Below, piece by piece: positions 56,831-64,000 of a DNA stretch of 64,000 nt (its first letter is position 1; every line of letters begins with the position of its first letter). The notes beneath the pieces were generated by a model. That model was not told the origin of the DNA, did not search any database, and saw only the letters and a program-made list of their open reading frames with translations. The DNA comes from an uncultured Bacteroidota bacterium (GTDB taxonomy: Bacteria > Bacteroidota > Ignavibacteria > UBA10030 > UBA6906): assembly GCA_963700635.1 (NCBI GenBank), contig CAVOYH010000003.1:1120001-1184000 (forward strand), in the 5' to 3' direction. The translations under genes were made by a program, and so were the position numbers.

Positions 56831-59764
56831 GTGGCTGAAATAGACGACGCACAACGGCAGGAACGGCGCAAGAAGGCCGGGGATCTCTTGAAGATGGCGG
56901 ACAAACTCTTCAAGGGGAGCGATTTCGAGGGAGCAGCCCGCATTGTGCAGATGGCCATGGACACGGATCCGAAAAATGCGTATGCGTTGGCATACCAGGA
57001 GCGGATCAAGTATGCCATTGAACAGAGGGACTTGCAGACTCTGGAAGTCTCCGCCGCGGACCGGGCCGCCGGAAAAGCATCAGGTTCTGAATCAACTCCT
57101 TCCGCCGCCGGCACCACAGCAAAGCCCGAAGAAATCCAGCGTAAAGCCCAGGAAGAGATAAAGAAAAAGCTCGAGGAGGCCCAGGCCCGGCTTGCACAGG
57201 AACAGAGCAAAGCCCAGACGTCCGCTCCCCAGCTTTCGGCCGAGCTGAAAAAAGCCCAGGAAACCATCCGCACTCTCCAGGGGGAACTTGAAGAGGCGGG
57301 GGAGAAACAGGAACTCCTTCGCCGGGAACTCGAGAGCGCGCTCCAGGACCGTCTGGAAAAACCCGACCCGGAACTTGAGAGCGACCTTCAGGATCGTTTG
57401 CAGGCACTCCGGACGGAAATGCAGGAAGAACGGAAACATCTGGAAGTATCGTTCCAGGAGCAGCTTGCTGCAGAAACGGCCCGGCGCGATCAGGAACTGC
57501 ACCTTGCCAGGGAGCAGGCGCTGGCGATGCACCGGGAGGCTGAAGAAGAACTCAAGCGCCAGTACGAGACAGAGCTGGCGCGCAGGCTCCAGGAAGAACA
57601 TGCACGTCATGAAGAGGCCCGGCAGCAGGGACAGGCTGTCGCGGCGGAAGCACGGCGCGCCATGGAAGAGGAACTGGAGCGCCATTTCGACGAAGAACTG
57701 GCCCTGCGCCTCAGTGATGTGCAGGGGAAAGCGGTCGCTGCACGGCAGCAGTTGCAGCAGGAGATGCAGGAACGTCTGGCCGCCGAAAAGCAACGCCTGG
57801 AAGAGGCGTACCGCACGGCTGACGAAATCCGGACGGAACGCGAGCAACAGACACTGGATCTCCTTCGCCAGGAACTTCTGGCCGAATCCGACCAGCGCCT
57901 CGCGGATGAACGTGCTGCCCACGAGGCAGAACGGCAACGTATGGAAGTGGAGATGCAGACGCGCCTGGCCGGGGAGTCGACACAGGTTGAAGATCTTCGC
58001 CGTGAACGCGACGAGGTCCGTGCCCAACTCGAGGGGCTCGCAGAAACGCATCGTCTCGATCGCCAGCGCTGGGAAGATGAGGCACAGGCGCGCGTGACTG
58101 CGGAATACCTCCGGGCTTCGGATGAATCACGGCGCCAGATTGAAGAACAGACAAGTACCGAACGGAACACGATTCTAGAACAGGCGCGGCGGCAGGCAAA
58201 CGATGAAGCACGCGCAGCGATAGAACGTGAGCGCGAACTCGTGCGTCAGGACAGGGAAATGCTGGACAACAAACTTCGCAGCGTCGATGACGTCAAGCGG
58301 ACTGCCGTGGAAGAGAGCCTGGCATTCCGGCAGCGCCTGGAAGAGGAGGCTGCCAGCCGGCTCGAGGAGGATCGCCAGCGCCTGGCTGATGAGGCCCGCA
58401 CCGCGCGGGAAGAACTCACGCGGACTCTGCAGGAAGAACAAACCCGCCGTGTGGCGGAGATTCAGGCGCGGCTGAGCGCTGATCTGGAAGCACGCCTCTC
58501 CGAAGAACGTCGCCGCTTCGAGGAAATCCGCACCCAGGATCAGTATGCCGAACTCGAAGCCCGGCGCCAGGCTGCCATTGCTGCAGACCAAGCGGCCGCC
58601 GAGGCCATCAAGCAACGCCTCCAGGAAGAACGTATACGTCTGGAGCAGGAAACCGCGCGTGCGCTGGAGGTCGAACGTGCCCGGGTGGAAGCCGAACTGC
58701 GGACGGCCTTCGAGGAGACCGAACGCCGCCGTGAAGCTGCACGCACACAAGAGGAAGAAGCACTTCGAATCCGGCGTGAACAGGAAGATGCCCAGCGGCT
58801 TGCCGAGGAAGAGGCCGCCCGGAAAAAGCAAGAAGAGGATGCGCGTAAATACGAAGAAGCGGTACGCGCTGCCATCGAAGAAGGCAAACGCCTGGCACAG
58901 GCCAAGAAGATCCTCTCGTACATTGATCAGGCAAAATTGTATCTGTCAGAGGCACAGTTCGAAGAGGCACTGAGCGAGGTGACCCGCGTGTTCCGGCTTG
59001 AACCGGAAAATATTGCAGCCCGTGAACTGGAACAGACAATCTATGCGGCGCGCACCGAACATCAGCGGCGTCGCGAAGAACTCCAGCGGATGCAGGAAGA
59101 TCAGCGTCGTCAACTCGAGGCGATCCAGATCCGGCTCCAGGATCAGGCGCGTGCCGAGCATGACCAGATCCGCCGGCTTGCCGTGCGCGAGCAGCAGATG
59201 AAGGAGAGCCTTCAGCGCGCATCGGAGTACTACCAGAAGGGATCGTATGATGAAGCCCTCGGCGAAATTGAGATCGTGTATGCCGTAAGTCCGGGCCATG
59301 CCGAAGCCCGGGAACTTGAAATTTCCATCCTGAAAAAACAAAAAGGCAAGGGTGACGTTCAGGCGGTGTCACACAGGAGGCTCGAGCAAAGCGAACATTT
59401 CCAGCGCGAAGAGGCCCGCCGGGAACGTGCAACCCATGAAAACCGCGATCAGCTCAAGCGGGAATCAACGGAAATGTACCGGGGCATGCTCAAACAAGCA
59501 TGGACGGATGGGAGTCCGTCCCGTGATTCCCGGTCCATGCTCGATGTGGCCCGAGATTTACTGGGTCTCGACGAAGCAGACCACGCTCTCCTGGATTCTC
59601 AGGTGCAGCTCGAATGTTATCGGGAATCTCTTGAAAACGGAATCGCAGAGGGAAAGTTCTCCCCCGGCGATACGAAGGCCCTTGAAAACTTCCGGGCCAA
59701 ATTCAACGTCCGCCCATCGGACCACAACGACATCCTCGCATCTCTCCGGCTGTCCCGCGCCTAA
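56831..59764 (+). CDS. 977-aa E/R/A/Q-rich coiled-coil protein with isolated TPR units and a duplicated C-terminal helical domain
   Basis: About 600 residues of almost Pro-free heptad-like sequence; three TPR-like units; no signal peptide or TM. Confidence 0.82.
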   Translation: MAEIDDAQRQERRKKAGDLLKMADKLFKGSDFEGAARIVQMAMDTDPKNAYALAYQERIKYAIEQRDLQTLEVSAADRAAGKASGSESTPSAAGTTAKPEEIQRKAQEEIKKKLEEAQARLAQEQSKAQTSAPQLSAELKKAQETIRTLQGELEEAGEKQELLRRELESALQDRLEKPDPELESDLQDRLQALRTEMQEERKHLEVSFQEQLAAETARRDQELHLAREQALAMHREAEEELKRQYETELARRLQEEHARHEEARQQGQAVAAEARRAMEEELERHFDEELALRLSDVQGKAVAARQQLQQEMQERLAAEKQRLEEAYRTADEIRTEREQQTLDLLRQELLAESDQRLADERAAHEAERQRMEVEMQTRLAGESTQVEDLRRERDEVRAQLEGLAETHRLDRQRWEDEAQARVTAEYLRASDESRRQIEEQTSTERNTILEQARRQANDEARAAIERERELVRQDREMLDNKLRSVDDVKRTAVEESLAFRQRLEEEAASRLEEDRQRLADEARTAREELTRTLQEEQTRRVAEIQARLSADLEARLSEERRRFEEIRTQDQYAELEARRQAAIAADQAAAEAIKQRLQEERIRLEQETARALEVERARVEAELRTAFEETERRREAARTQEEEALRIRREQEDAQRLAEEEAARKKQEEDARKYEEAVRAAIEEGKRLAQAKKILSYIDQAKLYLSEAQFEEALSEVTRVFRLEPENIAARELEQTIYAARTEHQRRREELQRMQEDQRRQLEAIQIRLQDQARAEHDQIRRLAVREQQMKESLQRASEYYQKGSYDEALGEIEIVYAVSPGHAEARELEISILKKQKGKGDVQAVSHRRLEQSEHFQREEARRERATHENRDQLKRESTEMYRGMLKQAWTDGSPSRDSRSMLDVARDLLGLDEADHALLDSQVQLECYRESLENGIAEGKFSPGDTKALENFRAKFNVRPSDHNDILASLRLSRA

Positions 59765-59788
59765 TCAATTTCTGACCAGGAGTTTCCT

Positions 59789-62107
59789 TTGAACCGACGC
59801 GACTTTACCCGTTTTCTCGGTCTGGCCACCGGCATGTTTTCACTGACGCCGGTGACGATGCGTGATCTTTATCAGACACCTGCAGGGGAACAGATTATTC
59901 ACGATGAAGATCCTTTCACACACCTGCGCGGAGAACCGGCCGCTCATGCGGCAATCCGGATGGAACGGGGTGGAGCACGGCTCTATCTCAATGGGAAAGA
60001 AGTTTATCCATTCTGGGGATCGAGTCTGCATCTTCTCGCCACAATCACGAACTACCGTGATGCCCATATTCGCCTTATCCATCCTGTCCTGGGGCTTGAA
60101 TCGGGGTGGCTCGGCCCGGGACAGTACGATTGGTCGGGCGTTGATACATTTCTATCCCGCCTTCTGAAGCTGCATCCCGATGCATTTTTCCTGCCGCGAC
60201 TCCAACTGGATACTCCGGAATGGTGGAAGGATGCTCATCCGGAGGAACTTATCGTCTACGGGCTCCCAACACGTGAAGAGGACTACCGGATCCTGCAGAA
60301 GAAAAATATTCCTCAGTTCGAAGGCGGCTACGATTTGCAGGCCGGAACGGAGTTGCGCGAGGCGTCTTTTGCATCGACAGTGTGGAGGGAAGATACTTCG
60401 TCAATGATCCGGAACTTCCTGTCACACATTGAACAATCTCCGTTGCGGAGCAGGATGATGGGATATCATCCGACCACCGGACGGACGGCGGAGTGGAATT
60501 ACTTCGGTGAGTCGTATCTCCCGGATTACAGCGGACCGATGGTACGGGCGGTCGGGCCTGTGCCTGATGCCCAATCGCGGATCCGGTCGACCTATGGCCT
60601 CCTGCGCGATCCGCGCAAAGAATCTGACGTCATGCAATTCTATACGCGCTTCCATGACGTCATTGCCGATACGGTGCTGACGATCTGCAAAACAATCAAG
60701 GAGGCCACGCACGGCAACGTGTTGTGTGGAGTGTTTTATGGGTATGTCACGGAGCAACCACGGATACAGGAGGGAGGTTACCTGGCCGCGGAGAAAGTCC
60801 TGAGCTCACCCTATATCGATTACATCGCCTCACCCTATTCGTATCAACCGGGAAACGCCACCGATGAACGCGGAGTCAGAGTCACGATGGTCGACGGTGC
60901 CGGAAACAGGCTGGGGCATGCACGGGGCGTTGCGGGGGACGGTGCGTATCGTCTCCCCACCGGATCTTTGCATCGAAGGGGAAAACTCTTCATCGCCGAA
61001 CTCGACCCGAGTACCTATCGCGACGCGCAGGCCCATGATGTCATCGGGGGTCTCGGGGGTTTAGGAAGCGGAACGGTGGAGGGATCTCTGCAGATTCTGC
61101 GACGGGATCTCGGCGGGGTGATCTCCCACGGTGTTGGCGGCTGGTTGCTCGATTTTGGTCCGCTCAACAAAGCCCCGGAGGGTTGGTACTCTGGAGAACC
61201 CATTGTCAATGAGATTCGACGCCTGGTTGATTTCGGCGCCCACCGCCCGGATCTTGATATCAGCAGCGAAGGAGAGATGGCCGTCCTGTTTGACCAGCAG
61301 AGTTTTGTCGCCACGACTCACTGGCTTGCCGGTGATCCATGGGAGAACTATGGTATCAAGTCAACGGACTACATCAACCACTGGTTCGTAAATACCCAGA
61401 CGCGTGCGTTTCAGCGTATGGGTGCGCCGATGGATTCACTGTTCCGATTTGATCTGAACCGGGAGGATGCAGCCCGTTACCGCATGCTGTTCGTTGTGAA
61501 TACATTTCTGCTGTCCGCCGAAGAACGGGAGAGGCTTCAGGCGGCATTACGCGGAAGCGGGACAACCGTGGTCTGGTATTATGCGCCGGGGTTTGTTACT
61601 CCGGACCGCCTGGATCTCCGGCAGATGGAGCAGTTAACGGGTTTTACGTTCTCGGTCCACGAGACGCCGGCGCCGATGCTCATCAGGAGCACGAAACCCG
61701 GCGGCACAACAGGCCCCCCCCGGTTGTTCGGAGTGAACGAGAAGCATTTCCCCCGTTTCGTCGTCACTGAACCACGGGCGGAAGTTCTGGGAGAATGGAG
61801 TGACGGGGCGGGACCGGCGTTTGCCAGGACAACGCACGAGGGGTTTACCTCGATCTATGTCGGCACAGCTCCCGTCCCGGCGGACATTCTTCGTGATCTG
61901 GCAACAGAGGCGGGCGTCAGGATGTGGAGCACCCGGCAGGACATTGTATCTGCCACACACGATGCGGCAATGCTCGTCGCTACGGATACGGGCCGGCGAA
62001 CACTCACTCTTCCCCGGCCGATGCGGCGGCTGGAGGGCGGGGAGCCGTCCACCGCACACGTCCTGACCATGAAGACAGGCGACGTTGAGATCTTTGCCGC
62101 AAGGTAG
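59789..62107 (+). CDS. Tat-exported glycoside hydrolase (beta-galactosidase/GH42-like TIM barrel + class I glutamine amidotransferase-like domain)
   Basis: NRRDF Tat motif; W..PGQYDWS..D, PEWW..AHPEEL, TAEW and DYIASPYSY motifs. Family assignment is tentative. Confidence 0.7.
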   Translation: MNRRDFTRFLGLATGMFSLTPVTMRDLYQTPAGEQIIHDEDPFTHLRGEPAAHAAIRMERGGARLYLNGKEVYPFWGSSLHLLATITNYRDAHIRLIHPVLGLESGWLGPGQYDWSGVDTFLSRLLKLHPDAFFLPRLQLDTPEWWKDAHPEELIVYGLPTREEDYRILQKKNIPQFEGGYDLQAGTELREASFASTVWREDTSSMIRNFLSHIEQSPLRSRMMGYHPTTGRTAEWNYFGESYLPDYSGPMVRAVGPVPDAQSRIRSTYGLLRDPRKESDVMQFYTRFHDVIADTVLTICKTIKEATHGNVLCGVFYGYVTEQPRIQEGGYLAAEKVLSSPYIDYIASPYSYQPGNATDERGVRVTMVDGAGNRLGHARGVAGDGAYRLPTGSLHRRGKLFIAELDPSTYRDAQAHDVIGGLGGLGSGTVEGSLQILRRDLGGVISHGVGGWLLDFGPLNKAPEGWYSGEPIVNEIRRLVDFGAHRPDLDISSEGEMAVLFDQQSFVATTHWLAGDPWENYGIKSTDYINHWFVNTQTRAFQRMGAPMDSLFRFDLNREDAARYRMLFVVNTFLLSAEERERLQAALRGSGTTVVWYYAPGFVTPDRLDLRQMEQLTGFTFSVHETPAPMLIRSTKPGGTTGPPRLFGVNEKHFPRFVVTEPRAEVLGEWSDGAGPAFARTTHEGFTSIYVGTAPVPADILRDLATEAGVRMWSTRQDIVSATHDAAMLVATDTGRRTLTLPRPMRRLEGGEPSTAHVLTMKTGDVEIFAAR

Positions 62108-62142
62108 ATGCTGTTCCCTGACTTCTGGAAAAGGCTTCGACA

Positions 62143-62171
62143 TTGTAAATGTTCTCTGCTATGCGTATATT
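62143..62171 (+). promoter_or_regulatory. Sigma70-type promoter for pfk
   Basis: TTGTAA-N17-TATATT. Confidence 0.55.
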
Positions 62172-62213
62172 CAAGGTTAGGTATTTACATCCACGAGGAA
62201 AGACAAAAGCGCG

Positions 62214-63299
62214 ATGAAGCTCAATCGCATCGGTATTCTCACAGGCGGCGGCGATTGTCCGGGCCTGAATGCGGTGATCCGTAGCATCGCAAAGCCCGCC
62301 ATGCGTCACTTTAATGCCAAGGTGATCGGTATTCTGGACGGATATGAGGGAATGGTCGAGGGCAGGCACAGGGAACTCACACCACTCGACGTCACGGGCA
62401 TTATTAATATGGGGGGCACGATCCTCGGAACCTCCAACAAGGGTGACCCCTTTCATTTCCCCCTGGGACAACGAAACAACGTCCGGATCGTGGACGCATC
62501 ACAACAGGTCATCGATCATTACCGCGACATGAAGCTGGATGTGCTCGTCACCATCGGTGGCGATGGCACGCAGATCATCGCACACAAGCTATCCCAGATG
62601 GGATTGAATGTGATCGGCGTTCCCAAAACGATTGATAACGATCTGGAAGCCACGGATATTACCTTTGGCCATGATTCGGCCCGTGCGGTTGCCACCGAGG
62701 CGATCGATCGCCTGCAAACCACGGCGTCTGCTCACCATCGCGTCATCGTGCTCGAAACCATGGGGCGCTATGCGGGTTGGATTGCACTCGGTGCAGGAGT
62801 CGCCGGCGGATCCGACATCATTCTTATTCCCGAGATTCCATTTTCGTGGGACAAGGTGTTCGAAACGGTTCTCATGCGCAGCCGCGGGGCAAAGTTCAGT
62901 ATTATCACTGTCGCCGAGGGTGCAAAGCCCCTGGGAGGTGATGTGTCGGTGAAAGAGATGGACAAAAAACGGACGGATCCAATCCGCCTCGGAGGTATTG
63001 GAGAGCTGGTTGCAAAACGAATTGAGGATGAGACCGGAGTGGAGACGCGGGTTACCGTCCTGGGGCATGTCCAGCGTGGCGGCAGCCCGACAGCATTTGA
63101 TCGGATTCTTGCTACCCGGTTTGGCGCGGCCGCCCTTCAGGCTGCCTCGGCAAGCGAGTTTGATGTGATGACAAGTCTGCAGAAGAATGAGGTGGTGACG
63201 GTGCCGCTCAGAGATGCGGTCGGTCGCCAGCGTCTGGTCCCCACGAATTCACAGCTTGTCTTCGCGGCACGTGCAGTGGGAACGTGCCTGGGAGACTAA
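62214..63299 (+). CDS. pfkA: 6-phosphofructokinase (GGDG..PKTIDND type, probably ATP-dependent)
   Basis: TGGGDCPGLN, GGDGT, PKTIDND, MGR and LGHVQRGG motifs. Confidence 0.93.
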   Translation: MKLNRIGILTGGGDCPGLNAVIRSIAKPAMRHFNAKVIGILDGYEGMVEGRHRELTPLDVTGIINMGGTILGTSNKGDPFHFPLGQRNNVRIVDASQQVIDHYRDMKLDVLVTIGGDGTQIIAHKLSQMGLNVIGVPKTIDNDLEATDITFGHDSARAVATEAIDRLQTTASAHHRVIVLETMGRYAGWIALGAGVAGGSDIILIPEIPFSWDKVFETVLMRSRGAKFSIITVAEGAKPLGGDVSVKEMDKKRTDPIRLGGIGELVAKRIEDETGVETRVTVLGHVQRGGSPTAFDRILATRFGAAALQAASASEFDVMTSLQKNEVVTVPLRDAVGRQRLVPTNSQLVFAARAVGTCLGD

Positions 63300-64000
63300 T
63301 CTGATTCCTGGTGCCAATCCCGCGTCATATCTAACCAGAACACCAACCCCCGCCAGCGGCCAAATGGTTTGTAGTGATGTTCTATGCGGCCGTCGTCGAC
63401 GACTCTGCCACGGGCATACCGTTGTGACCATTGTTTTCTCACCCAGGAATCAAGCCCGAGGTACTCGTAGCGGCCGACGAGCTTAAGGAGATTCCCTGCT
63501 GCATAAGGACCAACTCCGCGGATGCCGCACAGCGCCTCATATAGCTCCGGAGTGGAAAGAGGGGAGTGACGCCATTCTTCCAGGGGGAGGGATCCTGATG
63601 CAACATGTTCCGCCAATTCGACGAGCGCACGTGAACGGTAGCCCGTGGAGCACGTCCTGCGGAGCTCCTGTTCAGAGGATGCCGCAATTGCAGAGGCCAG
63701 TGGAAATGCCGAGAGACCCTGTCCACGGCGTCCGAATGTCTCCACCAGCGCCCGTACCATCACGACCGTCAGATGCCAGGAACAGTTGGTGGTGCAGATC
63801 ATCTTCACGGTATCCTCAAACATGGTCGGAGCGCGCAGCAGCCGGCCCGCGAGCCGGCGGCTGATCCAGCGGTATGCCGTATGCTTTCGCATCTCTTCGT
63901 GGAAGAGAACAAAATCTTCGTCGATGCGGAGGCATGAACGGAGTTGTGTTGATATTTCCTTCCGATGTTCCGGCTTCAACGAAGCTGGTCCTGTGCATGT
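63296..64000 (-). CDS. HhH-GPD DNA glycosylase (AlkA/OGG-like), 5' end beyond the window
   Basis: FEDTVKMICTTN, GYRS, LCGIRGVGPYAA, LDSWV and GRWRGL motifs; the frame stays open to the window end. Confidence 0.82.
   Translation of the reverse strand, partial: TCTGPASLKPEHRKEISTQLRSCLRIDEDFVLFHEEMRKHTAYRWISRRLAGRLLRAPTMFEDTVKMICTTNCSWHLTVVMVRALVETFGRRGQGLSAFPLASAIAASSEQELRRTCSTGYRSRALVELAEHVASGSLPLEEWRHSPLSTPELYEALCGIRGVGPYAAGNLLKLVGRYEYLGLDSWVRKQWSQRYARGRVVDDGRIEHHYKPFGRWRGLVFWLDMTRDWHQESD

Noticed and set aside
1-64000. Prophage, IS element, defence island, tRNA/rRNA
   Set aside because: I recognised no integrase, transposase, phage structural, cas or restriction motifs and no tRNA/rRNA-like sequence by eye.

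Overview
This is a gene-dense, moderately GC-rich bacterial chromosomal segment with about 59 CDS. I found no rRNA, tRNA, CRISPR array, integrase or transposase. Two proteins with T9SS-type C-terminal sorting domains (NxPNPFN), a complete MoxR-DUF58-BatA-E operon and a GldA/F/G-like ABC module point to the Bacteroidota-Chlorobiota-Ignavibacteriota group. Canonical TTGaca-N17-TAtatT promoters and GGAG Shine-Dalgarno sites suggest an Ignavibacteria-like lineage rather than Bacteroidia (inference). Housekeeping content includes fba, pfkA, an aceE-type PDH operon with lipoate ligase, aguBA, ychF, ppx+CHAD, ada, queF, csp and peptidases. Four genes (fba, a DUF3857/transglutaminase, lpdA, gldA) carry single-base frameshifts that are probably sequencing errors. 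The best candidates for undescribed biology are: (1) a 7-heme cytochrome c with a T9SS sorting domain; (2) a membrane-anchored TPR/TolB-like protein paired with a 977-aa coiled-coil protein that shares its TPR module; (3) an OTC paralog with a remodelled acceptor site (HCLP>HRLP, no SMG) behind an atypical DksA/TraR-like gene; (4) an unlisted small ORF under a sigma54-like promoter; and (5) a shared ECF-type promoter motif. All calls come from motif reading by eye; no database searches were run.
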